This document shows positions 1 to 13,314 of a DNA stretch of 64,000 bases, piece after piece. The notes beneath the pieces are model-generated. The model worked only from the letters and a program-made list of their open reading frames with translations, was not told where the DNA came from and ran no database searches. Origin of the DNA: Lobosporangium transversale (Eukaryota); the NCBI RefSeq assembly GCF_002105155.1, contig NW_019028988.1:372001-436000 (forward strand), given 5' to 3'. Each line of letters starts with the position of its first letter. The first letter of the stretch is position 1. A program made the translations under genes and the position numbers.

Positions 1-1327
1 CTTCCTCCAGCGTGTCATTGGATTCGACTCTGTGGATGATGAGTCCAAGGCAGAGCGCCGCATTTATAAGAAGTACCCATACCCGCGGGTCTGGAATACG
101 TCTATGAACCCACCTTACAGCTATTATATCTACTACATGTTTGCCAACATGACGAGCCTCAATCGCTTCCGTCAACAGCGAGGATTCAGTAAGTTATCTT
201 TTTTTTTTTTATTTATTTTTATTTTTATTTTTTTTTTAAGCTCCTGCATGTGGAGATCAACAACCCATTTTTTTTTTTTTTTACTTTTTAAAAGGCACTT
301 TCGTATTTAGACCTCACTGTGGCGAGGCTGGCGATACGGACCACCTTACTTCTGCATTCCTGACATCGTTTGGTATTTCTCACGGAATCCTTCTTCGCAA
401 AGTTCCTGCTCTCCAATACATGTATTACCTGACTCAAATGGGTATTGCGATGTCGCCCCTATCTAATAACGCTCTATTCTTGGATTATGAGCGCAACCCC
501 TTCCCGGTCTTCTTCCATCGCGGACTAAATGTCAGTCTGAGCACTGATGACCCACTGCAATTTCACTTCACTAAGGAGCCTCTTATTGAGGAGTACAGTG
601 TTGCTGCACAGGTATTTTTTTTTTTTTTTTTTTTTTTTTTCAATCACGATTAAAACTAGGGAACTTACTTTTCTCTATGTTTCTATGTTGCTAGATTTGG
701 AAGTTATCTGGAGCAGACATGTGTGAAATCTCTCGCAATTCGGTCCTCCAATCTGGATTCGAAAACAAGATCAAGAAGCATTGGATTGGCAAGAAATGGT
801 ATCTCCCGGGCGTCCAAGGCAATGACATGGAGAAGACTAATGTGCCCAATATCCGTGTCTCCTTCCGTCATGAAACATTGCGTGAAGAGCTGGATATGCT
901 TCAGCGTTACTCTCAGTTGGCGCATCCCTCCATGTTCACGAACTTGCATCATGATTTGAGTAAGCGTATGGCTTCGAGCACAGCTTCGCCCGCCATCTTT
1001 GCTCACGGTAGTGGTATTGGCAATAGTGGAACGGGCCAATCGCTTGTTTTAGAATCGCCTTTTGCACTTAACCCCCAGAGTCCTCCGATCGGATGTGGAC
1101 CATTCGAGACGAGTGACATCGGTTTGCTGCAAATGCATCCTCACCTACCAAGAGCTTCTATAGAAACTAGCCGTGAAACTAGTGGTCATACCAACGTGAT
1201 GACGGTCGCACACCAATTGGGAATGATTTCAGTAGTATCAGGCGTCTCGGAGATGGCTGAGCGTGCTGCCGCCAAGAAGAGAGAGAGAAAGCGCCTTGCT
1301 GCAGAACAGAAAGTGGAATTAGAGTAG
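1..1327 (+). CDS. AMD1: AMP deaminase, 3' part (5' end outside window); exons ~1-188, 295-611, 695-1327
   Basis: Spliced translation gives [46 protein letters not shown] and [12 protein letters not shown], the canonical AMP deaminase motifs; GT-AG introns at 189-294 and 612-694. Confidence 0.96.
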
Positions 1328-1422
1328 ATGTAACGCAACTAATTGAGCTATTCTCTTGCGAATTTGAAGTACCAAAATAAATTTTATTATACACACGTAA
1401 CATAGCTACTGATTTTTATGCT

Positions 1423-2352
1423 CTATGCCTTGGTCTTTTGTTTCTTGTTTGGAGGTTTTCTCCTCTTGTCATTACTGCTGGTATTACTACTACCAAAAGA
1501 ATCCGATCGTCCATTTCCTCTGAGCTCATTAGTAACTTCTTTGGTCCCCATTTTCCCTGCCTTCACGATGTTGCCAACAGTCTCCTCCGGCCCGATGATC
1601 TGCCTCTCTGGGTTGTTCTTGGCCTTACTATTAGATCTTTCAATCAATTTTTCCTCTTTCTTCTCCTTAATTGAAGGTGACCCAGAGATAGCACTGCCAG
1701 TAGTGGCCATGCTGGCCATTTTCCTCTCCCATTGTCTTTTCTTCTTCTCCTTGAGCTTCTGTTTCTGAGCAGCCTTGCGCTCCTCCTTCTTTTTGAGCGA
1801 CTTTTCGCGTTTCTTTTGATTCTTGGCTTTCAGCTTTTCGATCTCCTCCTTTGTTCGCTCCTCCTTCAATGCTCTCTTGTACAATCGGAGGTTGGTTTTG
1901 TGTTCGTGTCCCTTGAGATGTACTTCTACCATGGTCTTGTTCTTAAGGATCTTTTTAGGACAAACTTTGCAGCGAAAATGGGTGTCTTCCTCCTGGTCCT
2001 GCTCTTCTTCTTCTTCTTCTTCTTCTACTTCTCCCTCTCCATCTACCTCGTCGTCGTCGTCTGATGATCCGCTTTTCTCATCACTCCCTGATCCATTTCC
2101 GGCACTTGCTTTTCCCTTCGTCTTTGTCTTCTCGTCCTTCAGAGATCTCTCATACTTCATAATATAATCTTCTAGCTTAGCATCCTCTTCGCTACTGATA
2201 TCATCGTCGGACGAAGAGCTGTCAGAGTCAGACCCTGAGTCACTGAACTGTGCCAGAGCCTCTATTTCTGCCATGTCATCATCATCGCCTGTAGGCATAA
2301 CATCAGTGTAAATGGCGTTTTTGGCTAATTCTTTATGAGCACGTTTAAACAT
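1423..2352 (-). CDS. Acidic/Lys-rich protein with one C2H2 zinc finger, probably nuclear/nucleolar
   Basis: 309-aa intronless ORF; CKVCPKKILKNKTMVEVHLKGHEH motif, D/E tracts and K-rich coiled coil. Confidence 0.7.
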   Translation of the reverse strand: MFKRAHKELAKNAIYTDVMPTGDDDDMAEIEALAQFSDSGSDSDSSSSDDDISSEEDAKLEDYIMKYERSLKDEKTKTKGKASAGNGSGSDEKSGSSDDDDEVDGEGEVEEEEEEEEQDQEEDTHFRCKVCPKKILKNKTMVEVHLKGHEHKTNLRLYKRALKEERTKEEIEKLKAKNQKKREKSLKKKEERKAAQKQKLKEKKKRQWERKMASMATTGSAISGSPSIKEKKEEKLIERSNSKAKNNPERQIIGPEETVGNIVKAGKMGTKEVTNELRGNGRSDSFGSSNTSSNDKRRKPPNKKQKTKA

Positions 2353-2526
2353 GATGGTGGTGCGTGTGGGTTTTAGAAACGATATTTGAAAAGGAGGTTT
2401 TTTTTTTTGTTGTTGTTGTTTACCTCCTCCAAAAATGGAAGCGGTGGCTTACTAACCTCGCAACAATCTCACAAAGACAGTCTCTTTACAACGACTTGAA
2501 TCCTTATTCATCCATTTTAAACAAGG

Positions 2527-3184
2527 ATGGGCGACTACGAGACAACGGGGGGTTCCCTCAGATTCAAAGGTGGCGGAGGAATCACCAAAAAGTAATGTAG
2601 ATGATAGCTTATTTGCTCCTAATCGTTTCATTTACTATTAAAAAAAAAACTTGCTTGCTGACTCAGTGGACATATATTGCCATCATCATTGTTTTATGTT
2701 ATAATGGCTGCACTTACAGAAAAAAGAAAAAATCAGAAAAATTGGATCCATCCAAAGTAAAGGCAACATTAGAAGCCAAAGAATCCACGCCACCGCCATC
2801 AAAGCCTATTAAAGTAATCGAAAAAACCGCTGCAGAGCTCAGGTTTGAGGAAATCCAGAAGAAACGCGTATGTTTTTTTTTTTTTTTTTTTTTTTTTTAA
2901 CTTTCTTTATTAAAACCTATTCGGATAATGTGTTGAAGTATGAAGATTAATTTTTTTTTTTTTTTTTGCTAAAGCAAGAGGAAAAGGTTCTCAAGTCTGC
3001 CATGAAGTCGCACAAGGAAAAGGTCGCCGTAAGTAAACAATACCTACTAAACATGCTTTTAGGCGCTAATCACTTGATTAATGGCTTTTGTCAATCATTG
3101 TTTTTAACAATCAACTAGGAGCTGAATCGAAAGCTAGAAGAGATGACTGAGCACTACGATATCCCCAAGGTCGGACCTGGATAG
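2527..3184 (+). CDS. FAM32A/DUF1754-family small nuclear protein (4 exons)
   Basis: Spliced MGDYETTGGSLRFKGGGGITKK...KTAAELRFEEIQKKR/QEEKVLKSAMKSHKEKVA/ELNRKLEEMTEHYDIPKVGPG*; the C-terminal EHYDIPKVGPG is typical of the family. Confidence 0.88.
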
Positions 3185-3878
3185 ATTTTTTCTCTTATTA
3201 TTTTCAGCAAAAACTACATAATGATCCCTCTATCACCAATCTGTCAGATTTCATATCCTTTTATACAACAAAATAAATATACACGTTGCTATAGGAAAAG
3301 CTTCAGTCTTTATTGATAATGGTTTTCTTTTGAGGAACATGTGCACAAGTAAGCATGAAGACAATGGTCATCATCTGATAAGACGAACTAAAGATATAAG
3401 AGATAAAATTGTTTCCGCATCCTAGACGGTGATACGAAAGATAAAGCAAAAGTGGAAAACTACCATTCCTGAGTCGTACAAAACCATCGAATTTGCCAGA
3501 GTTTTTTATTTTTTATTTTTCTGGTTCATCGAGAACCTTATTTTATGCGGATGCAGCATCAGTGTTGACGTTGGCCATTGGCTGTGCGTCGATGTTGTTT
3601 GTATTGTTGTTTTGCAGACGGCTGAAAGTCTCAGCATCGATCACCTGCCGTGAAAGGGTGATATGGTACAAAATGATTCCATTAATACGTACATTTCAAA
3701 TGCATGATCGCGTGAGAAAAGTATATTTTATTCATGCGTATTGTGGACCATGCAAAAGTCTTTCGTCACTTTACTCTGAACTTACCATAATCTTGTTCTC
3801 AGGAGGAGAAGTGGCCGTAGCTCTGTACAATCAATCCCCAAAGCGCCCATTATAACGATGTAGTCATCGCGAGCATTT

Positions 3879-3913
<35 letters not shown>

Positions 3914-6900
3914 ATAAAACATGGTAAAGACGGTGTTAGAATAGTTTTCTATCGAGGACTGCTTTGTGGAGGAAATTGGAGCTCTCACTGTTGGTGTACA
4001 AGCTCAATGAAGCAATAAACATTTTTTTTTTCTTTTTTTTTTTTTTTTTTTTTTGTTTATTCGACATACCCTAATGCATTTTGCTCCTGCCGATCCAGTT
4101 CACATCCTGGCACGCCCCAGTTGCCGTTTCCAGCACCCGACTTCTTTGAAATAGCCCTGGGATCTGCGCCATTCCTATTATTGGAGAAGAATGAAAAAAG
4201 GGGTTAGAATGCAACAGGATGAAGAGACAACCGGCAAAGAAAACATGAGGTGTTTTACCTCGACTGGTGGCGATCTTTTTGGGCAGCAGCGGGACCCTTG
4301 TATTCACCAGTGCGGGTACGAGTCATTGTTATAATTCTTTTTTTGAGTGAGTGCAAGAAGCGTTATTAGGCTATGTGAGTTAAGAATCAAATGAATTCAG
4401 GAAGGGATAGATGTATTGCATAAAGATGAAGGAAGGAAAGAAAGAAAAAGAAAGAGAACGAAAGAAGAGGCAAAAAATAGACTCAGACCTTTTCTCTCAT
4501 TCATCACACGCATTGGACTCTTGAAACGAAACAGTGCGCGCCTTCCGCTTCCACAAATTACTACCAAATGCGGTACTAGTGGTGAATAAGTGTGTCACTC
4601 CAAACCAAACCAAACGCAATTCACCTCTGTTGTGTTGTCATTTATTCTCGTAAATGTGCATTGATGCAAATGTTAATAATAATAAAAGAATCGGTCTTCC
4701 TCACGGTCGAGAGGCTTAGTCCTCTCTACAGAAGAGGCATTGAGCGCGCTTGGTTATTCACTTGTAAAGCTTGAGAATGAACAGTTCCTTTTCCCTTCTT
4801 TTGGTTTATTGAGAGTAGGAGCAACAAACACACCTGTGGGCCCAAGGTAATGGCGGATGGAGCTATAGACAGCGTTCTCACGTCATCCATTGCCTGTGGA
4901 AGTAACTCAACCCTAGAATCTATAACACTGTTTATGCAATGCTGTGTTTCAAAGGAATGTTAACGAAGTAAGGCACCATGCAGCCTGTGCTTTATGGATA
5001 CCTTTTGCCTACATCAGATGCAGTAGGCGATTCGCCTTTGCACCCTTGATATGACTCATCGTTCTTCTCGTTAATAAACTCGCTCTTCGGGGTGCAATAA
5101 AAGGCTATATCAAGCCCACAAGGATGTCGACTTGATCGTCAATCTTACACACCAATCAAAATTTTGACGAATCGTTTCAAGCGTAATTGCCGCAGGCGGT
5201 ATGGCACTTGGTCCCGAGATTCATTTCTTCGAGTCAGAGACCATCGAAGAGATATCGCATCCACTCTTAATTATCCTACTCTTTGAAGCCGTAAGGCCCT
5301 TTTATTTCTTGATAAGCTGTGTGAACAATCCTCGTGGAATAACTATGTCTCCTTGCTAGTAAAGAAAACATCCATAAATACTGTCAATGGTAGCTTATCC
5401 TCTGTCTTAGCAGAGAGGGAGATGGGATTTACCACTGCTTTTATCAGTAAGGATTGATCTTAGTGGAGCTGCTTCAGCAGGAACCAGTGTAACCGGGTTG
5501 AAAAAACGTATTGCAGAATAAAGGTGAAAATTGACTTTGGAAGCAGATCGTTTTAATGTCATACGTTGATCATTTCAGTCATCAGTGATATCGTTATTTT
5601 CTGACATTGATGAAATACGCTAAAATCACAAAATATAAAAGACCTCTCATCGTTGCTTGTCCTGCCAGAAACGCCTTGTCTGTTGAACTCCGATATATAT
5701 TATTTATTTTGCATTCGTAGCGCCTATACAAAGTAGAAAAGAAGTGTAAGTTTTGTAAATCTGAGTTGATGAAGCACAAATCAGATAATTATTCTCAACT
5801 TTCCACAGTAGTCAGGAGGCGTGAGGTTGATATTTTTATCGTGGCGAGCTCATGTAATTTAGAAGCCCTTCTACAAGTAATGTTACCATAGGATAATCCA
5901 TTACGTCAAAGGCTATGTTCTATTTATGTTGGGTGTGACACCCTCACAATGATCCCAATCATTGATTTTAGTGATCAATTTAGGTGATAGAGGTAGCTTC
6001 TGGGCTTGCGAGCAATTGCAATCCCTCGCTGTGCTTCGTCGATAGCCTTGAGGGCAGTGCGTTGTCATCTAATATATTCTAATTAATATTTTTCTGACAG
6101 GTGCCTCAATTATTCCTGAACTCTGGACTGACTTTCTGGCATCCTAAGAGTTCTTGTAAAATAGCAGCATCTAAAACGGTCGTACTTGGAAAAAGCCAAT
6201 AGAGTAAAAGGGAAGCTTGATCTAATGAACTTTGAAGTAAACAAAGGTTCCCATTCACATTTCATAATTACTACCTCACTGCTTTGACTATGCTACCTAG
6301 TTTCCTTGGTTTTCTCTATACCTTTCGCCTCGGGTTGAACCGAATTCATTTCTGCTGTCATACTTCGACTCCCTAGCAATGTGAATAAAAAGAACCTTTC
6401 GGTTGCACATCCATGTATCTTTAACAAAATAATCGTTGCTAAAGTACTTGATTCTATTTCGGCTGTGGAACATGTAATAAATGTATGCATATCATACACG
6501 CTGGACGGTGTGTCCTGTGAGTCGAAATCTGCGAGGATTCATCTGAGAGGTACTCAAAGCATAGCCATTCAAGCTTAAATTGTGGCGGAGCCAAGTTTAT
6601 ACCTATTCCCAATACAAGGGGGCAACCTTCATGTCATCACAGTCGATGAACATCAGCACAGTCGACATAGAGTACATGTATGAAGCAATTGTTCAAGTTA
6701 TTCATAAAAACAAAAAAGGTTATACCTTACAAGTTGTACAAAAGATCCTTTTCTTTTTTTTTGGTCAACAGATTTTTCCAAACAAGAGGCGGTGCTTTCT
6801 GTTTTGTCTTCTGCACATTGCCACCAAGTCATCAAATATACTGATTGAAGAACTGGTATCAGCTATTATTGAAAGGCTCATTTGATTTGATCTTTTTTCT

Positions 6901-7393
6901 TTTTGGAGATGAGAAGTCTACTTGGAGTGAATGAATATTTATAAATGACATTTATGATGATATGATGCGTCTTTATAAACTCGGCAATAAAAAATTGGTT
7001 TTTAATGGCACTGCCACGACGGAGGGAAAAAAACATTTTTTTGTAAAAGGGAAAGGCGGTCCAAGCTTTCGCTAATCCTTTTTCGCGGCCTAGATCATTC
7101 TGGGCATCTGTCATAGCAATTTGCCGCAGCGGCATTCAAGAAGCGAAAAGAAAAGTGGATGGGCTCTTGACTTTGTTATTGAGCATGTACCTTTTAAGTT
7201 TTCCTTCATCCCATCAGCATGCATGTAGCATTATAGGAGTCGACGTCCACTGGATTAGTGTATAAGTATAACAAGGACGACAACAGCAAACAGCAAGGGA
7301 CTTGCGAACAAGAAGATGAGGCATTATGTAACGAATCAACATGTTTTCTTGATCCTTGTATAAAAGGAAATTTCTTCTGTAGAGAGGAATACA

Positions 7394-7428
<35 letters not shown>

Positions 7429-7588
7429 GCTTTAACTTTTATTGTAACTAGTATTCACTCCATCCTTGCCACTTTCTCGTGTTACATTATTGATGGAGAA
7501 CAATTGCTTTTAGTCCCTCATTTAACTCATATCACTTTTTGCTTTTTTTGTACTTTTATTACACCCTGCAATCTCTTACACAGCTTGG

Positions 7589-9487
7589 ATGGCCGTTGTT
7601 ATTCCTCCTCCTGTCACCACTTCAACCAACCCTCCTTCTACAACAACTACTACTACAACCACTACAACTACAATGTCTGAATGGCCAATTACCAATACAA
7701 CAACTTGGACACCGACCACTACCACTACCACTACAACTACTACTACAACAACCACATGGACAACTACAACAACATCGACTACTACTACACGCTCACCTAT
7801 CCGAACAACTGATCCTCCTATCCGAACAACCCCTTCACGGCCTAGCACTTCTCAACCGCCTTCTCGTACACTGTCGCTGTCACCTTACCCACCCTCACCT
7901 TCATTTACAAACACTACGGGATACAACACTACATCCTCAATCACTTTAAGCCCTAGTCCGACGTCTCTTACGGACTCTGGACCGGGTTTACCAAAAGTTG
8001 CAATCATTGGCATCTCAGTTGCCGGCGTTGTCATCATTGGCTTCATATCCACTGTCCTGATCATGAAGAACAGAGGAAAGAAACTCAACCGTCACAAGGC
8101 ACTAAGACAAGATGATTTATTCGACCATCTTCCTATAGAGCCCAATTCTCCTGCACCACTTATGACCATAGCAGGTCACCATCCTCATCATCACTATAAG
8201 GGTGGTAGTCATGACCAGGGTGGAACGCAACAGCATGAGCTTGAGCCAATGTATTACTACAATGGCGATGAATACAATCAAATGCAACAGATGTCTTATC
8301 AAGGTGGCGAAAATGGCCACCATGACTATCAACGTCACCACAATTCAGATTACCAACATGATCCAAATCAGGGCCAAGCATATCAGGGGGGGCCAGACTA
8401 TCAGACCTTTTCCGATCAGGGACAAGCGCAATACAGTGGTCAGGAGCATCAAGGCTTTGGTGACCAAAGCCAAGTCCATCAAAGTGGTCATGGCGACGGT
8501 CATGGCTCTCAAGGTAGTCAGGGTGGTCAAGGACTGAATCAAGGTTTTTCTGATCATGGTCCCGCGCATCAACATCATTTCCAGCCTGATCATCAAGGAA
8601 TCACTGACCAGGGCGGCGCCAGCCAGGGGGGAGGGGGAAGTCAAGGTCAAGGACTCTATGATTCTACTACACAAGGGCCTTACCAGCAAATTCCTCAGAA
8701 TACTTCAACTCCTGGGCAAGGTATCACGAACCAAGCACCTGGCTCTACTGGCCACGGATTCCCGCATCAAACACCAGTTCAGCCCGTTGGTGGAGGCCAC
8801 GCACCTCCTCCTGCAGTAGTGCAAGGTGTGCCCCCAACTAACTTCAATCCTCCTTTGGGTATACCCATTCCCCCGCCTCTCGTCAACCGGCCCAAAACTA
8901 GTTCAATCATTCGACCAGAGTCCTCATCCCAATACTCAATGCTTTTGCCAGCATCACCCACTAATACAAACTTTAGCGCAGATCTTGGATCCACGGATGA
9001 AAGTTCATTGTCAGGACGAGGATCCGTGGTTGCACCGTTGCCACTTTCAATCGATCGCGTCCCTTCCACGACATCATCACATGGATCCGGCGGCTATAGG
9101 AACCAGGCTGTCTCAGCCGATTGGAGTGATAACAGTAGTCATATAGGACAGCAAGATTATGGATACTCACCTGTCAATAAGCAAGCGTTATTGAATCAGG
9201 CTCGCTATCATGACGCTATCTCATCGCAACATACATCTACAAGGGTTCTCCCAGCGGCTTCACCGAGGGTTGCAACGATTCCAACGCATCAAAGTCCCAC
9301 CGTACGTTCACCCCAAGATGATAGCCAAGCTGATGTGGTTGGCTCAATCGTAACAACAGGAAACGTGTCGAGTTTGAATACATTTGATCGCAGACACCCT
9401 CAGGTGCATAATGGATCTGAGGGTAGCGACAGCTTGTTTACTGCAATCCCAGCGCCAATGAGTCGCAACCCACAGGATCGACATTAA
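7589..9487 (+). CDS. Thr/Ser-rich single-pass membrane protein (Mid2/Wsc-like cell-surface sensor architecture) with a Q/G/H-rich tail
   Basis: 632-aa ORF: poly-Thr N-terminus, TM helix VAIIGISVAGVVIIGFISTVLIM followed by basic KNRGKK, long disordered tail. Confidence 0.7.
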   Translation: MAVVIPPPVTTSTNPPSTTTTTTTTTTTMSEWPITNTTTWTPTTTTTTTTTTTTTTWTTTTTSTTTTRSPIRTTDPPIRTTPSRPSTSQPPSRTLSLSPYPPSPSFTNTTGYNTTSSITLSPSPTSLTDSGPGLPKVAIIGISVAGVVIIGFISTVLIMKNRGKKLNRHKALRQDDLFDHLPIEPNSPAPLMTIAGHHPHHHYKGGSHDQGGTQQHELEPMYYYNGDEYNQMQQMSYQGGENGHHDYQRHHNSDYQHDPNQGQAYQGGPDYQTFSDQGQAQYSGQEHQGFGDQSQVHQSGHGDGHGSQGSQGGQGLNQGFSDHGPAHQHHFQPDHQGITDQGGASQGGGGSQGQGLYDSTTQGPYQQIPQNTSTPGQGITNQAPGSTGHGFPHQTPVQPVGGGHAPPPAVVQGVPPTNFNPPLGIPIPPPLVNRPKTSSIIRPESSSQYSMLLPASPTNTNFSADLGSTDESSLSGRGSVVAPLPLSIDRVPSTTSSHGSGGYRNQAVSADWSDNSSHIGQQDYGYSPVNKQALLNQARYHDAISSQHTSTRVLPAASPRVATIPTHQSPTVRSPQDDSQADVVGSIVTTGNVSSLNTFDRRHPQVHNGSEGSDSLFTAIPAPMSRNPQDRH

Positions 9488-9990
9488 AGCCTCCATTTTT
9501 CCTTTAGTTCATTTTATTATCCATACACATCATACACATGTAATAGAAAAAAAAAAGAAAAAAAAGCTATTTGTAGAGGAATGAAGTATTGAAAGTGGTT
9601 TGGCGTAAACTATTCTGAGGATGTTAAGCCCCATGTCGAATAGACAAAGATTAGACGGGCCATCGATTCGGTTTGAGTTTAAGGGAAAAGGGATATTGAA
9701 AAGCAAATATTAAGTATAGACAGAAAAAAGAAAATGGGGCTAGAGTCCTATTACACCTTCATTATTAGCTTACTGCAAAACTTCATACATGAGTAAAATA
9801 CTCGACCCAGTGCTGTTACCCTTTGATGTCTTTGCATGCGATGTGTGTAGATGATGTGCAAAGGTGCAATGTGACGTGATATGTCTGTGACACAAACATG
9901 GTGCAAATATCGGAAATGGAATAGAAACTCAATATGCTCTCGCCTTCTCACATCATTGCTGGTTCTCATCCTGAATATTCCATTCACATC

Positions 9991-11140
9991 ATGTCCAACC
10001 CAACTCTCATTGTCACTGGCGCTTCTCGTGGCATTGGCCGTAGTATTGTATTAGCTGCCCTTCAAAACTTCAATGCCAATGTTATTGGCGTTGCCCGTTC
10101 GAAGGATGCGCTCCAAACCCTATCGCAACACATTGAGAATGATCTTCAGCTCCACAATCGTTTCAAGTTTGTCGTTGGAGATGTCACTGCAGAGTCTACA
10201 TCTAAAGAAGCCGTTGAGCTTGCTAAAAATTCATGGAGTGGTCGTCTTGATGGTGTCGCTCTCAACGCAGGGTAAGAACCGTATAAAACATCAAGGCTCT
10301 AACTAACTGTGATCTTAACCAATTAATAACTTTTTTTTTTACCCTTCCTAACTATAGTGTTATTGATCCTCTGGGATCAATTGCCACTACGACTTTGCAA
10401 GAATGGAAACAGTATGTGAAATGGATCTCCTTTTATTTTTTTTAGGAATTAGTAGATGACGCCCTACTGAGTTAATCCAACATTTATGTATACCCCTTGT
10501 TAGATGCTTTGATATTAACTTTTTCTCGATCATGACTTTTGTCCAGCATGCTGCCCCTGCCCTTCGCGAGTCTAAGGGCCGTGTCATCTTCGTGAGCTCT
10601 GGCGCTGCAGCTAGCCCATACTATGGATGGGGAGCATATTGCACGTACGTATTTGTGCTTTCTCACGCATGTATTCGCGCTTTCACCGTTTCAAGAATAG
10701 AACTGATAAATCGTTTCTTTTTGAATTTGAACTTGTATTTGCACTTGCCAGATCTAAGGCTGCTCTCAAGATGTTTGGTGAAGTACTTGCTAAGGAGGAG
10801 CCGGAGCTTACTTCCATCTCGATTCGTCCAGGAGTCGTTGACACTGAGATGCAGTCATCCATTCGTACTAAAGGTATTGCCCCCCTCTTTTTTTTTATTT
10901 TTTATTTTTTATTTTTTTTCATAAAATCTAAGTTCTTCCTCATATCTACTATTATTAGGTGCTGATACTATGGTTCCTGAGCAGCATGCGCGGTTCGTTG
11001 AACTGCATACTTCCAAGACCTTACTCCATCCTGATGAACCTGGTCATGTTATTGCTAGCTTGGCTGTCAAGGCTCCTCATTCACTCAGTGGTCAATTCTA
11101 TTCTTGGGATGATGAGGAGTTGAAGGCTTACCGCAAATAA
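9991..11140 (+). CDS. Short-chain dehydrogenase/reductase (Irc24/YIR035C, sepiapterin-reductase-like), 5 exons
   Basis: TGASRGIG Rossmann motif, LNAG, VSSGAA, YCT/SKAA (YxxxK split by an intron), IRPGVVDTEMQ; last exon ends LSGQFYSWDDEELKAYRK*. Confidence 0.9.
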
Positions 11141-11503
11141 AAAGAAAAAAATGCTATACGCTGACTGACTCGTATCAATAGAAAAAAAAAAAAAGATTTC
11201 GCGTAGAATTTTATGAAATAAACTAACAAAAAGACGCAACCTTAGCATCTGATTAGCAATTGAATCAAAAGAGCTTCGGTCATCGACGCATTAGCTTTTA
11301 AACAATCGACTTCGTGCCTTTCATATGAGCCACTATTACCTCTTGATTGCGCGATCGACATGAAATGAGGCATAGAAGATGCATACAGAGTTCCTGAGAA
11401 GAACTAATTGGACACAATTTGACAATTTAGGATTATCACAAATGGTACAAAGGAGAAAGGGTGTAACAAAATAATGGCGCAATTGTCCTGCCTACTATAT
11501 TTC

Positions 11504-11534
<31 letters not shown>

Positions 11535-11986
11535 AAAGAAAGTAAGGTGAACAGCTTTTCAATATTTCTGAACCATATTCTTACATTTAAGAAGCACTCA
11601 TAGGGGAATTCTACTTTGTAATCACGATAGTAATCAGCAGCTGAACCAAGGCAGGCAAATCAGGCACTGTCTGTCCATGTGTGAACTTTATGCTCGAAGA
11701 TGGAGATGCGCAGACTTGTAAATGCGAGCAAATGAGCAGTTGTATTATTCAGCAAGGCGCATTTGTTTTTAACTTGGAATTGATTGTACGCTCCTACACG
11801 CATGCAGATACCTTCTCTGCAAGCGTATGAGTTCATCGCGCCAACTGACGACGCCAGACTATGAAAAAAAAAAAAGTATAAAAGGAGACTCTTCCCTCTG
11901 TCTATAATATCTTCATTCTCATCATCGCTAGTTCAATCCCACAAGCCCATAATAAAAAAGAACTTAATCTCATTAAAACACGCACA

Positions 11987-12827
11987 ATGACAGCTTCTAC
12001 CACCATCGCTTCTCTTCCTACTCCAACCCAGGCAGACAGCGAGACTCTCAGCCGTGCTGCCCAGTCTGGAGACTCGACCTTCAAGTATCTCTATTTCGGC
12101 CTCCATGGTCGAGGCGAATTGACTCGCCGCATCCTTGCCTTCGCCGGTGCCAAATGGGAAGAACTCCCAGTGGTATGTCTCGTAAAAGAGTAATGCTTCC
12201 TTATCTCGTTTCTAAATAGGTCTTGATTTTAACCATATTTACATCAATTATGATTAGGATTGGCCTAGCCAAAAGGAGAGCGTGCCATTCAAGGTCCTGC
12301 CCGTTGTCTACGAAGTTACGTCCGATGGCACAGTTATCGAACTTGCAGAATCTCAAGCCATTGAGCGCTATCTTGCCCAAAAATTCAACCTTTATGGCAA
12401 GAACGTATATGAACACCATAAGGTGGAGCAGTACCTGAGCTCAATCGATGGTGTCTTGATCCCCTTTGGCACCAAGGTCCTCAACTCTGCTGAGAACCGT
12501 GTTGAGGAAGCTAACAAGATCTATAGCAACATCTTGGACAAGTTCATTGCCATTCATGAAGAACATCTTAAAAAGAATGGATCGAACGGACACTATGTTG
12601 GCAACACCACTACTCTTGCAGATCTCAAGTTAGCATTATTGGTCGATCGTTTGTTCTTGTTAAAGCCAAAGGGCGCAAATGAGGTCCCTCTTTCGGCTGA
12701 AAAGAGCCCCAACATCTGGAAGGTTTATGAGACTGTAAACAGCGCTCCTCATTTTGCTGCTTGGAGAAACTCGGATAAGTACCGCGAACTCGACGATGGC
12801 ACTAAGAAGCTCTTCAAGTTCGACTAA
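11987..12827 (+). CDS. Glutathione S-transferase (sigma-like, Tyr-type), 2 exons
   Basis: YLYFGLHGRGELTRRILAFAG, PFKVLP, ESQAIERYLA, HYVGNTTTLADL; one intron at ~12174-12258. Confidence 0.9.
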
Positions 12828-13314
12828 GCGTTGTGCCTGTACACATTATATCATTTAGCCAATTCATTAGCTTTTATATCTGAATAAAATCGATCAATAT
12901 AACAAACTTGTTCTACTAGGAATGCTGGCATCAGCTCAGTTATCAAACCTGTTTATCAGCCGATCAGTGATTAATATCGTCACTCAAAACAAAATTAAGT
13001 AGACCCCCTGGCATAGCATAACCAACAGTGACAAGAATATGAGCCAAATTGGTAAATGGATGTGGATCACAACAGCAAATTGGTATCAATCATTTCACGA
13101 GTCATGCTCACTTTATTTCATATTGAGGATTCATTCATAAAAGTGATGAGCTTCGAAGAAAAAAAAAAAGAAAAAATGGTTGCAAATAACGGAAATAAGA
13201 GTAAAAGTACACAGGTCCCAGCGGGTGTTCTGTACATGTAGTAAAAAAAATAAACTAATGTACATCTTCGTGAATGCTTGGTCCCAGGCCGCAACCCGGA
13301 AATCCTCCTCGGAG

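Noticed and set aside
3200..7500. 4-kb gene-poor stretch with coding-like fragments (e.g. IVSSVIAAGGMALGPEIHFF near 5170-5290)
   Set aside because: Only short stop-riddled frames with no motif I can assign; may be old transposon or pseudogene debris and needs BLASTx.
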